Virus record (IMG/VR): IMGVR_UViG_3300025715_000026 | Coordinates: 2,428-66,427 of that record | From: a virus | Taxonomy: Duplodnaviria; Caudoviricetes | Direction: 5' to 3' (one strand) | Length of the DNA: 64,000 bases | In this document: positions 32,657 through 42,427 of the stretch, piece by piece | Numbering within the stretch: the first letter of the stretch is position 1 | Layout: each line of letters starts with the position of its first letter | Made by a program: the position numbers and the translations under genes | The notes under the pieces: generated by a model | The model's database searches: none | What the model saw: the letters and a program-made list of their open reading frames with translations, nothing else | What the model was told of the DNA's origin: nothing

Positions 32657-34570
32657 ATGCCTGACAGCATACAGCCCGTCGGCGGTGACCCCCAGCGCAT
32701 CGAGAACGAGCGCCCCCGCGTGAAGATGGGCGACTGGTATTGGGCCGACATCGAAGAACACGACCACAATTACAATAACCTGCCGTCCCGCAAGCGCCTG
32801 GTCTGCGTGGTCAGGGTCGGATCCAACTACGTCAAGCTCGCCCGGCCCAGCGGCTACAACTGGCGGCACGCTCTGGCCGAGTTCCCCGGCGACCTGGTCC
32901 ACGAGCCGAACCCGACCAAGTTCCTGCGGGAGGAGGTCGACGAGGCCCAGGCGAACGTCCTGTCGGTGACCAAGAAGATCGAGGCACTGTGCCTGCGCCT
33001 GGGGCTTACGCCCCGCGAGGCCCTGCCCGAGAAGGCGGCGTCGGATATCGGCACGGCCATCGTCAAGGCCACCGGCAAGGACGACGTCAAGGCGTATAAA
33101 CGGGCGCTGGTCCGGGCGAAGGAGAAGCAGCTGCCGGAGCTATTCAAGGAGCTCAAGCACCACAACGAGAAGCTGGCCACCGCAATGAAGGCCGAGCTTC
33201 TGCCGCTGGAGGGGTATGCCAAGGCCCTGGAAAAGCGCATGGGCCTGATCGAGGACCGGATCTTCCACGTCGAGCTCTATGGCGGGCTGTGCGAGACGGT
33301 GGTGCAGGTGGCCGAGGGCACCCCCGCCGGGATGGGCGAGAGGCTCCGGGTGCTGCAGCGCCGGTTGTACATGGACGAGGAGTGCCTCCTGGACTACGAT
33401 GCTGGAGGAATGGACTTCACCCGCGTTCGGGACTTCGACAAGTGGGTGGCCCGGCCGCACAACCGCGACCGGCTTCTCCCCTTCCCCCGTTGCGTGGCGG
33501 CCTTCCGCGTTCGCCGAAACCCCAAGAGCTACGGTCCGCTGGACAGCTTCATCAAGTTCTCGTGGGATGACGCCAACAACTCCACCTATCTGTACCTCCG
33601 CAACGGCGACAACCTCTACCGGCTGTCGACCGACCTGGATTTCGGATCCCGGCTGTTTCCGGGCAAGGCCGAGTTCGACTTCACCCAGCCCGTCTATGCC
33701 AAGATGTTCTGCGAATCCATCGACCGCATATACACCGAGGGCGAGGTCGTGCAGATGCGTTCGCGGCGAGCGGAGGCGCGGAAACGGCTCGACGCGTGGA
33801 GGGCGGCCCATCCCAAGAAAGATCCCCGGTTTGACGCGCCGTGGGTGGAGAGCAAGGAGTGGGAGCAGCTTTTGTGGTACGACGACGACCCGGACCGGCT
33901 CCGTCGGTTCTCTCCGGACGACGTGTACTACGACGACATCAAGCGCCACTTCGACAGCCAGATCAAGGCTTACAACCGCATCACGGTCGTGCTCCAGGGG
34001 CTGCTGGACCGGAGCCCGGTGTTCCAGCCCCACCCGCCGGTGAAGCTGTGGAAGGACCGCGATTTCGAGTTCATCGAGCTGGTCTACGACGACGACCGGG
34101 CGCTATACGCCGGCCCCAAGCCCGACTTTGCGGCGTACCAGGCCCGCCTCAACGCCAGCATCGCGGTCGGCACGATGGTGGTGGGGCAGCGGGCCTACTG
34201 GAACGTCGCAACCACCCACCCCGATAAGCGCCAGGCGGGGCAGGACGACATCCCCCATCTCCGGGCGAGCTATCAGAACAAAGGCCCGGCCAAGGTGGCC
34301 GGGGTTGCCCGCCGCCACCGCGCATCGTGCGACTTCGTTTGGGAGCGCGAGCGGGCCTGGAGCCGCTACTGGCGGGCCAAAGAAGGCCCCGTCAAGTCGT
34401 GGCTCAAGCGCGTGCCGCTGTCGTGGCTGCTCAACGTCGACGCCTATACGCCGGGGGACTTCAAGCAGTTCTTCGCCGACCCCCGGACCCGCAAGGAGTA
34501 CATGCAATGGGCCGGTCTGATGCTGGAGGCCGAGCGGCACAAGGCCGGGGGAAAGGACGAGGAGGACTGA
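32657..34570 (+). CDS. Large hypothetical phage protein (637 aa)
   Basis: Long GC3-rich ORF with a coiled-coil segment; function not recognised. Confidence 0.7.
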   Translation: MPDSIQPVGGDPQRIENERPRVKMGDWYWADIEEHDHNYNNLPSRKRLVCVVRVGSNYVKLARPSGYNWRHALAEFPGDLVHEPNPTKFLREEVDEAQANVLSVTKKIEALCLRLGLTPREALPEKAASDIGTAIVKATGKDDVKAYKRALVRAKEKQLPELFKELKHHNEKLATAMKAELLPLEGYAKALEKRMGLIEDRIFHVELYGGLCETVVQVAEGTPAGMGERLRVLQRRLYMDEECLLDYDAGGMDFTRVRDFDKWVARPHNRDRLLPFPRCVAAFRVRRNPKSYGPLDSFIKFSWDDANNSTYLYLRNGDNLYRLSTDLDFGSRLFPGKAEFDFTQPVYAKMFCESIDRIYTEGEVVQMRSRRAEARKRLDAWRAAHPKKDPRFDAPWVESKEWEQLLWYDDDPDRLRRFSPDDVYYDDIKRHFDSQIKAYNRITVVLQGLLDRSPVFQPHPPVKLWKDRDFEFIELVYDDDRALYAGPKPDFAAYQARLNASIAVGTMVVGQRAYWNVATTHPDKRQAGQDDIPHLRASYQNKGPAKVAGVARRHRASCDFVWERERAWSRYWRAKEGPVKSWLKRVPLSWLLNVDAYTPGDFKQFFADPRTRKEYMQWAGLMLEAERHKAGGKDEED

Positions 34571-34615
34571 TTTTTATAAGAATTACCTTGACTCGCGCAC
34601 GGCCAGGGGTAAGGT
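34568..34615 (+). promoter_or_regulatory. Right-arm promoter with AT-rich upstream block
   Basis: TGATTTTTATAAGAATT-N3-TTGACT-N16-TAAGGT. Confidence 0.7.
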
Positions 34616-34640
34616 GGTGGGGGCTACAGGAGTGGACGCG

Positions 34641-34973
34641 ATGACCCGCGAACAAGAAATCCTGGGATTCAAGATCGAACACGATGACGCCGCAACCGCC
34701 CTCCGGGGCAACGGGATCATCATGTGTACCTGCATCGGCGTCGCCCCGATGGGCAGCATCTGGCTGCGTCGCCGGGGCGCGACCTGGGAGGCCCGCCAGC
34801 ACGTCGCCATCATGGGCGGGTGCCCGGAGGACGACGAGTGCGAGGGCCGCAGCCCGTTCGCCGATAACTTCACCGCCAACCTCGCCAGGGGCGTGGGGCT
34901 TACCAAGGAGGCGGCCATCAAGGCGTTGGTGGCCGACCGCAAGAAGATGGCCGACTCGCTGTTCGGCGAGTAG
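34641..34973 (+). CDS. Hypothetical protein (110 aa)
   Basis: AGGAG RBS; first gene after promoter. Confidence 0.6.
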   Translation: MTREQEILGFKIEHDDAATALRGNGIIMCTCIGVAPMGSIWLRRRGATWEARQHVAIMGGCPEDDECEGRSPFADNFTANLARGVGLTKEAAIKALVADRKKMADSLFGE

Positions 34974-34991
34974 GCAGGCAAGAATGGAGGA

Positions 34992-36314
34992 TTGATGACA
35001 ATGCCCATCAAAGGCTTGAGCGAGAAACGCCGCATCCCCCGCATCTCCAAGATCCACCTTGGCATCAAGGTGTCGACCAAGGACGGCGAGAAGCAGTACC
35101 CCAAGGCGGTGGACTTCTTCGTGCTACCCATGCGGGAGAACTCCGGCGACGCCTTCCTGGCCCAGGCGGTCCGCTACCGGCAAGCCGAGGCCGCGCAGGT
35201 CAGCCTCACGCCGGTCGACCGGGCGGCCCTTGAGGCCACGATGAACGACGCCCGCCTGAAGATGGAGGCGCTGTTCACCCCGGAGGGGCGTCAGATCAGC
35301 GCCGTCTACGGGCCGCTGCCCCGCGAGCTCGACGTGCTATTCCCCAGCGACAAGCCCGAGGAATGCTTCCCGCAGAGCTACAAGTCCTATAACCGGGGCA
35401 CCGGCCTGTTCTGCAAGGGCGACGGCGTCAAGGCCATGCGGGTGGGCGAAAACGGCGCGATGACCGAGATCGACTGCGCCGGCCCCGAGTGCCCCATCTA
35501 CAAGGACAAGAAGTGCTCCGAGATGGCCAACCTCATGGTCATGATCCCCCGCGTCAGCATCGGCGGCTGCTGGCAGATCGACACCGGCTCGGTCAACTCC
35601 ATCATCGACGTAAACTCCGGCATGGACCAGGTCAAGGCCCACGTCGGCCGGCTGGCGATGGTCCCCTGCAAGCTCCGCGTGGTGCGCCGGCAGGTGACCG
35701 CCGAGGGCAAGAAGAAGAGCATCTTCACGCTCCAGGTCGGCATCAGCTCCTGGGAGGACTGCCGCAACTTCGCCCGCGAGCTGACCGCCCTGCGCCGGGA
35801 GTTCCGCGAGGGCCTGGCCCTGCCGGCCCCGGAGCAGAGCAAGTTCGAGGAAACCCACCTCATCGCCGCCGACGTCCAGGGCGACGAGCCGACGGTGGTC
35901 CTGCCCAGCGGCGAGCGGGTCAAGCCGGCAACCGGCGAGATCGTCGAGGCCGAGTTCGATCCGGTTGCGCCGGCCGAGGGCGAGAGGACGGCCGACGACC
36001 TGCTGGCCGAGGCGGTCGCCGGAGGGGAGGAGGACCGGTTCAACGACCTGGCCGGGGGGCACGGCGGGACGTTGTCGCCCGAGACCCCGGCCGCCAGGCC
36101 AGCCAAGAAGCCCAAGGCCGACCTGTGGCACCACGCCGGCCAGCCAGCCCCAACGGCGGCCCCCGACGCCCCGCAGAAGGCCGCCAGGGCGAAGAAGGGG
36201 GCCGGCAAGGCCCCGGCGGCCCCGGCCCCCGAAAAGCCGGCCACGGCGGCCCCTGTGGCCCCACAGGAGGCCCCAAAACCACCGTCAGGGCCGGCGTCCG
36301 GGGTGGATTTCTGA
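34992..36314 (+). CDS. Gp3-like (recombination directionality factor-like) protein with disordered tail
   Basis: RIPRISKIHLG, FCKGDG, C-x4-CP-x6-C, IDTGSVNS pattern. Confidence 0.65.
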   Translation: MMTMPIKGLSEKRRIPRISKIHLGIKVSTKDGEKQYPKAVDFFVLPMRENSGDAFLAQAVRYRQAEAAQVSLTPVDRAALEATMNDARLKMEALFTPEGRQISAVYGPLPRELDVLFPSDKPEECFPQSYKSYNRGTGLFCKGDGVKAMRVGENGAMTEIDCAGPECPIYKDKKCSEMANLMVMIPRVSIGGCWQIDTGSVNSIIDVNSGMDQVKAHVGRLAMVPCKLRVVRRQVTAEGKKKSIFTLQVGISSWEDCRNFARELTALRREFREGLALPAPEQSKFEETHLIAADVQGDEPTVVLPSGERVKPATGEIVEAEFDPVAPAEGERTADDLLAEAVAGGEEDRFNDLAGGHGGTLSPETPAARPAKKPKADLWHHAGQPAPTAAPDAPQKAARAKKGAGKAPAAPAPEKPATAAPVAPQEAPKPPSGPASGVDF

Positions 36315-36321
36315 GGGAGCC

Positions 36322-36552
36322 ATGACGCCAATCGAGGAACGAGCCGTGAAGGCGCTGCGGACCGATGGGCCGATGCGTGCCAGCGACCTGGGCCAGATAC
36401 TATGGGGCTCCAGGCGCAACTCCGGCGGCGGCTCTCACGCGCACAACCGGTTCTGTCGGCCGGCGGGGCGGCTCCTAAAGCGCCTGGAGCGCCAAGGGCT
36501 GGTGCTAGGATACCCCACAGCGCATTGCTGGCTTTGGGCTTCGCTGAAATAA
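36322..36552 (+). CDS. Winged-helix-like small protein (76 aa)
   Basis: GPMRASDLG...LLKRLERQGLV. Confidence 0.55.
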   Translation: MTPIEERAVKALRTDGPMRASDLGQILWGSRRNSGGGSHAHNRFCRPAGRLLKRLERQGLVLGYPTAHCWLWASLK

Positions 36553-36561
36553 GAGACGCGA

Positions 36562-38401
36562 ATGATGACCGACGACAAGATCGATCAGCTCCGGGCCGCT
36601 TCCGAGGCCCGCGAGATGAGGGACCGCCAACGCAGAGCGCGGCAAGAGTTCCTGGGCGACCTGCATCGGGAGGTTCACCTGTTCCGTTATCGGCGCTTGG
36701 CGCGGTTCCCCGAGGTTCCGTTGCCGACACTGCCGGGGACTAGGGTGGCGGCGGCTATTTCGGTGGCCCGAAGGAACCGACGCGGAACCGGGCGCGGATC
36801 CGAAGGCGGAGGACATTGGCGGCTCAGCGAGCCCTGCGTTAGTTACGGGCGCTGGCCGGGGGCAGACGGATTTTTTGCCTGAGTCGAGAGGGCGTGGGAC
36901 CGGATGAACGAGGAGCGCTGCCGATGACCAGAGATGAATTCCAGACCGAGGTGGAGGAATTCCTCGGCATATACCCCGACTTCGGGCTGACGGCCAAGGA
37001 GGGCTGGACGGTCGAGGAGGATGACGAGCTCGACGAGGGCTTCTGGCGGGCGACCGTTACCCTGACCATCGGCAGCCCCGACGAGGAGGAGTTCGTCATC
37101 GTCATTCGGCAGAACCCCGACGACAAGGACCGGCCGGCCATCGAGGCCGGCGAGGATTCCTACCTGTCGCTCGATGGCGACGGGCTATACGCCTGGCTGT
37201 GGGTCGAGACGTTGATGCGGTTGCGGAGGCTGAAGGAGGCCAAGCATGGCACCTGAGATTCGGGCATTCCTGGTCAGCCCCGGCCGGGGCGGGGCCGACT
37301 TCACCTGCTACCCCTTCAAGGCCGACGACGCGGCCGGGATGGAATCGGCCGGCGAAAGAGCAAAGGAACACATCGCCGAGGCGGCTGAAAACCTGGAGCT
37401 TGGTGAAGAGGCGACCATCGAGATCCGCGTGGTGGAGCCAGACGAGTGCTCCGAATGTCGAAGCGATGACGACGAATGCGAGTGCCGGCAAAGCTCCGCC
37501 AACCCCGACTTCCGCCCGGCGTGGGAGGCGGAAGGAGAGGGGCGACCGTGCTCCACGGAGGAGGCCAAGGGACAATGAGCCTGGACAGCATAGACACCGC
37601 CTATCGCCGGGTGAAGCAGGCGAACGAGCGCCTGGCCCTGGAGGTAGCGACCAGCTTCCCGGTCGGCAGCCGAACCACCTGGGAGAAGCAATACGGGGTC
37701 ATCTGCGGAGGCGAGGTGCTGGACATATCCGGCGACTGCCTCAAGGTCCGCAACGACCGCACCGGCAAGGAGTACTGGATCGGGGCGTACGACATCCTGA
37801 AGGCCCACGGCAAAGTCTAGGAGGGAAAAGTCAATGGCAACCGAACTGACCGCTGAACAGGCCGAAATGCTGCTGCCCGGTCGCAAGATGCACGTCATCG
37901 AGGAGATAGGCATAGCCCGCAGGTCCAGCGAATGGGCTCCGGCCGAGGTGCGGGATCTCCTCCTCCTTAAGGCCGAGAAGATCGAGCGACGATCCGGTAT
38001 TGACGAGCCCTATGGCCACGAGCTGGCCATCCTGGTCATGGGCAAGTGGTTTTTCGTGGCAATTTAGATGGCGTCGAAAGACGCGAAGGAGAACGACGAT
38101 GTGCGCAAAGATGTCCGCTGCCGCCCGCGAACTAATGTATGGGGCTCCCCCGCCGCCCCCGTCTCCTCGGCCCGCGACGGAAACGTACACGATCTCCAAT
38201 TGCGGAATCGGATGGCGGCAAAGCCGGTGCTGCGCTGAATGCAAGCACCTGTGGACCGGAGACAAAGACTGCTCGCCTGCAAATCCCGAATGCTGGCACC
38301 CATCGGTCAAGCGAATGCAGCCGTATCCCCACGGCCCGGTCGTCAACGAAAAGCACGAGGTCGAAGATGGGTGCTGCGGCAAGTTCAAGGAGCGGGCGTG
38401 A
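36562..38401 (+). CDS. Run of six small hypothetical ORFs (36562-36882, 36924-37256, 37246-37578, 37575-37820, 37834-38067, 38099-38401)
   Basis: Abutting or overlapping start/stop codons with RBSs; two are Cys-rich. Confidence 0.55.
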
Positions 38402-39561
38402 AGGCACGAACTTACAGCCAGAGCTTGTGCAAGGCCGCCGGCTGCCCCAAGCTCTTCTTGCACCGCCTGGACGCCCCGCGCACCGGCAGCCAGTCGCTCC
38501 TGGCCTCCCTGGGTACGGGCCTGCACAAGTTCGGCCAGCTCTACCAGGACCACTGCCTCAAGCTGGGCGTGCAGACCGACGTGGCCTGCGCCCGCAACCT
38601 CGCCGCCCAATGCCTGGCCGACAGCGGCCTCGACAGCGGCCACTTCGACGACCTGCTATGGCTGGCCGAGCGCTTCGCCGAGCAGGAGGTGGTCGACCCG
38701 GCCAAGCGCACGATCTTTGAGGAGAGGATGGATGCCGGGCGTTTCTACGGCACGCCGGACAAGGTGGTCATCCTGGACACGGATCCCGCCACGCGGTATC
38801 CGACCGCCATCGAGATCTGCGATTACAAGAGCGGTTGGAAAGTTCCGAGCCACGACGAATGCCGCAAGGACATCCAGCTCCAGATGTACGCCGGACTGTG
38901 GCGGGCCGCCGCCCCCAGCATCCAGACGTTCGTCTGCCGCTACATCTACCTGCGCTCGGGCCGCGAGCGCAAGTTCGCCCTGACCGCCGAGCAGGTCCGG
39001 GCCTTCATGACCGACATGGAGGCCCTGGCCTATAAGCTCGACGAGATCAAGAAGCCCGAGCCGCACCCCGGCCCGCTCTGCGACTATTGCGAGATCGCCA
39101 CCACCTGCTCGATGGTGGTCGATGGCCGGGTGCGGGCGCTGATGTCCCCGGATCAGGCCGTCAAGGCCGCCGAGTTCCTGTGCGCGTTGCGCGGGGCGCA
39201 GCGCGAGCTTGAGGCGCGGCTGCGGCCCTGGGTTGAGCAGAACGGCCCCATCCGCCTGGCCGGCGGGGCAACACTCGGGTTCCACCCGACCCGCAAGAAC
39301 GAGTTTCGGACGCTGGAGGTCATGTCCTGGCTGGCCCGCAAGACCAAGCTCAAGGCCGCCGACATCATGCAGTGCTTCCGCATCGGCAAAACCGGCATCG
39401 GCAAGCTGGCCAAGGCGGCCGGCCTGGATGCCGCCGCCAAGAAGGAGCTCAACGCCCTCCGGTGGGAGGTGCCGTCGAGCAAGTTCGGCTTTGCCAGGAA
39501 CGCAGCCCCACCCGATGCCACACGCGTTCTCGGGCACGAGGACAGACCCCATGAGCACTAG
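38398..39561 (+). CDS. PD-(D/E)XK exonuclease, Cas4/RecB-like with Fe-S cysteines (387 aa)
   Basis: GCP, GTGLH, GTPD, CDYKSG, QLQMY, C-x2-C-x5-C. Confidence 0.85.
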   Translation: MKARTYSQSLCKAAGCPKLFLHRLDAPRTGSQSLLASLGTGLHKFGQLYQDHCLKLGVQTDVACARNLAAQCLADSGLDSGHFDDLLWLAERFAEQEVVDPAKRTIFEERMDAGRFYGTPDKVVILDTDPATRYPTAIEICDYKSGWKVPSHDECRKDIQLQMYAGLWRAAAPSIQTFVCRYIYLRSGRERKFALTAEQVRAFMTDMEALAYKLDEIKKPEPHPGPLCDYCEIATTCSMVVDGRVRALMSPDQAVKAAEFLCALRGAQRELEARLRPWVEQNGPIRLAGGATLGFHPTRKNEFRTLEVMSWLARKTKLKAADIMQCFRIGKTGIGKLAKAAGLDAAAKKELNALRWEVPSSKFGFARNAAPPDATRVLGHEDRPHEH

Positions 39562-40018
39562 ATGGGCAGATCCCGAAGCCGTCCGAAAGTACATGACGAA
39601 GTGGCGGAAGAAGAACCGAGAAAAGATGCGGGATTACGCCGCTGAATACTACAGGAGAAACAGGAAAAAGATAATATCTAAAGTTCGACAACGGGCGCGT
39701 CGGATGAGACGGAAAAACAGAGAATGGGCGCGTGCAGACTACCGGCGCAAGCGGGCAGACTATATTGCTCGCATCCGCGCATGGTCAGCCTCCCATCCCG
39801 AGGCCGTTCGGGCCTCGTGGATAGTGGCCAAGGCCATCAGGCGGGGCAAGATTTCTCGTCAGCCGTGCGAGAAGTGTGGCGCAAAGAAAACCGTTGCGCA
39901 TCACCCGAATAGCAACAGGCCACTGAAGATTCGCTGGCTTTGCGGAAGTTGCCATCGCCGGCTACACGCAGCCAGACGGCGGAGAGCACAGAACAAGAAA
40001 GAGAGGGCCACGCAATGA
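39551..40018 (+). CDS. HNH endonuclease (155 aa)
   Basis: Basic N-terminal helix; CEKC...AHH...WLCGSCH...H; lower GC than flanks. Confidence 0.8.
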   Translation: MSTRWADPEAVRKYMTKWRKKNREKMRDYAAEYYRRNRKKIISKVRQRARRMRRKNREWARADYRRKRADYIARIRAWSASHPEAVRASWIVAKAIRRGKISRQPCEKCGAKKTVAHHPNSNRPLKIRWLCGSCHRRLHAARRRRAQNKKERATQ

Positions 40019-41787
40019 GACTGACAAGGCTGACGATCCAGGATTTCTTGGGGATACGCCGGGCCGAGATTGACCTGGCCCAGGCCCCGCTGCACATCTT
40101 CATGGGGCCGAACAACTCCGGCAAGAGCTCGGTGTGCGACGCCGTCGAGTTCGCCCTGACCGGCCTCGCCAGGACGATGGCGAAGAAGAAGGACGCCGGC
40201 ACGTTCCTCCGTCGCCGGGGCGCGGAGCACTTCGCCGTCGAGCTCGCCTGGGAGGGCGGCCAGCTCCGGCGCACGGACTCCGGCTGCTCCCTGGCCGAGC
40301 GCGACGTCTCCGCCATATTCGGAGACGAGAGCGTCGTCCGCGCCAGCCTCAGCGGCTTCCGCTTCCTGGCCTCGCCCCCGTCGGCCCGCCGGGAGCTGGT
40401 GGCTGGCGTAACCGGCAAGAAGGCCGACCTGGGCGCGGCCCTGGCCAAGGTATGCAAGGAGGCCGGGCTGCCGGCCGACCTGACCGAGAAGCTGGTGAAG
40501 ATGGCCGACGAGGACATCGACCACGCCGAGACCTTCGCCGTCGAGCAGCGCAAGGCCGCCAAGCGCTCCCTGGAGGCGTACACCGAGGGCGACCCGCCGC
40601 CGGGCAAGGTGACCATCGATGGCAAGGAGTACGACCTAACCAAGACCGACTGGCTCGCCATCGAGAAGCGCCTGGCCGAGCGCAAGGCCGAGCGCGACAA
40701 CGCCCTCCGCGCCGAGGGCGAGGCCAAGCTGCTCGACGCCCCCGAGGCCATCAGCGCCAAGATCGCCGCGCTCAAGGACGAGATCGCCAAGATCCCGGCC
40801 GCTGCCGCCGCCGGCAAGGCCGACGCCGATGCCAAGAAGGCGCTGGCGGCCATGACCGCCGCCGAGATCGAGCTCGGCCGCGCCCAGGGGGCGCTGGAGG
40901 CCGCCCGCAAGAACGCCGAGAACATCGACAAGCTCGGTGCCCTGGGCAAGTGCCCGACATGCCGCCAGGCCATCGACCAGAGCTTCGTCGCCAAGATGTA
41001 CGACGAGGCCGTGAGCGACGGCGACAAGTGCAACGAGGCCGTCGAGCAGGCCAAGGCCAAGCTCGCCGGGCTCCGCAAGGCCAACGACGACGCCCAGGCC
41101 GCCGCCAAGGCCGCCCAGGTCGGCGCAGGCAAGGCCAGCGAGCTCAACGCCCGGCTGAAGGGCCTGGAGGATGACCTGGCCGACGCGATGGCCTATCCCA
41201 AGCTGGCCGCCGAGAGCGCCCGCCTAACCGCCGCCGTCGAGCTCGGCGAGAAGCTGCTCCAGGCCGCCCAGCGGTATTCCGCCTGGCAGGTCCGGGCCAA
41301 GAACGAGGAGGGGATCAAGCACAGCGTCGCCGTGTGGGACAAGATTGCCAAGGCGCTGGGCAAGGAGGGCGAGATCCGCAAGATGACGTCGACCGGCTTC
41401 GACCTGTCCGTGGTCCGCTCGGCCGCCGCCGCCCTGCTCGGCCCCGACCGCACGGTGGACGTCGACGAGAGCTGGAACATCACCTGCGGCGGGCTCCTGG
41501 GGCCGGGGCTGTCCCGCAGCGAGCGCCTGCGCCTGGGAGCCGGCTTCGCCACCGCCTTCGCCATCGCCAGCAAGCTCGGCGTGGCCGTCATCGACGAGGT
41601 CGACATCCTGCAGGCCGAGAACCGCAAGGCGCTGACCGGCTGGATGCTCGGCCAGGCCGACAAGGTCGGCACGTTTATCCTGGGGTCGACGCGTGGACGC
41701 GGCCCCAAGGGAGAATTGCCAGCCCCATCAGGCGACCCCAGGGTGAAGTTCTGGTGGTGCGAGAACGGAGAGGTGGTGGCCGTATGA
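40015..41787 (+). CDS. SbcC/Rad50-like ABC ATPase (590 aa)
   Basis: Walker A GPNNSGKS, coiled coils, zinc hook CPTC, signature LSRSE, Walker B VIDEVD. Confidence 0.88.
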   Translation: MRLTRLTIQDFLGIRRAEIDLAQAPLHIFMGPNNSGKSSVCDAVEFALTGLARTMAKKKDAGTFLRRRGAEHFAVELAWEGGQLRRTDSGCSLAERDVSAIFGDESVVRASLSGFRFLASPPSARRELVAGVTGKKADLGAALAKVCKEAGLPADLTEKLVKMADEDIDHAETFAVEQRKAAKRSLEAYTEGDPPPGKVTIDGKEYDLTKTDWLAIEKRLAERKAERDNALRAEGEAKLLDAPEAISAKIAALKDEIAKIPAAAAAGKADADAKKALAAMTAAEIELGRAQGALEAARKNAENIDKLGALGKCPTCRQAIDQSFVAKMYDEAVSDGDKCNEAVEQAKAKLAGLRKANDDAQAAAKAAQVGAGKASELNARLKGLEDDLADAMAYPKLAAESARLTAAVELGEKLLQAAQRYSAWQVRAKNEEGIKHSVAVWDKIAKALGKEGEIRKMTSTGFDLSVVRSAAAALLGPDRTVDVDESWNITCGGLLGPGLSRSERLRLGAGFATAFAIASKLGVAVIDEVDILQAENRKALTGWMLGQADKVGTFILGSTRGRGPKGELPAPSGDPRVKFWWCENGEVVAV

Positions 41788-42227
41788 AGCCGCTCAACAT
41801 GATGGGGCACCAGGTCGTCGTCCGCGCCGTCTACCGCAAGAAGAAGACCTGGGACGGCGAACGCCGCCGCCACGTTCTGAGCTACCTGGTCGTCGACCTG
41901 CCCAAGCCCCGGACGGGGTGGTATGTCGGGGAGCGCAACCTGCGGACCGGGGACGTTGTCCCCGGCGGCTATGAAGACCCGCCCGAGTTCCGGGGCGGAG
42001 GGAACATCAAGGCCCACGCCGTCGTGTTCTGGCCGACCCTCGCCCCGGTCCTGGTTCCGGACGGATTGCTGGTCCCGCGATGCCACACCGGTCCCCTGGC
42101 GGATCCGGCCCCCTACTCCCCGCAAGGATCGCCCGAGGCCAGGGCGCAGGCGCTTGCCGCCTACCAGACCCAGCAGTTCAGGGGCGAGAACGCCCGCGAT
42201 GCCCGAGGCCGATTCATCGGCGGATAA
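41784..42227 (+). CDS. Hypothetical protein (147 aa)
   Basis: ATGA overlap with the ATPase stop. Confidence 0.6.
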   Translation: MKPLNMMGHQVVVRAVYRKKKTWDGERRRHVLSYLVVDLPKPRTGWYVGERNLRTGDVVPGGYEDPPEFRGGGNIKAHAVVFWPTLAPVLVPDGLLVPRCHTGPLADPAPYSPQGSPEARAQALAAYQTQQFRGENARDARGRFIGG

Positions 42228-42289
42228 TTTTTTAGAGGTTTTTAGGGTTTTTCCCTGGCCATCTCACGGTGGCGCGGTAAGCTCGCGAG

Positions 42290-42417
42290 TGCAAGGGCAG
42301 GAGACCCCAGGGAACCATGAGCAGAGCCTGCGGAGTTCCGGTCGGCTGGAGAAAGCACGCGCCCCTAGGGTCCGTGCCCTTGCAACTCCACGTCGACCGG
42401 GACTCCGTGGGCTCTGC
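42290..42417 (+). ncRNA. Structured leader upstream of primase-helicase (31-bp stem, possible pseudoknot)
   Basis: 42321-42351 pairs with 42386-42417 with four G-U pairs and one bulge; loop 42375-42384 is complementary to 42290-42299. Confidence 0.6.
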
Positions 42418-42427
42418 GGGGTGATCG

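Noticed and set aside
38398-39561. Cas4-like gene as part of a CRISPR-Cas system
   Set aside because: No repeat-spacer array or other cas genes seen; solo Cas4-like nucleases are common in phages
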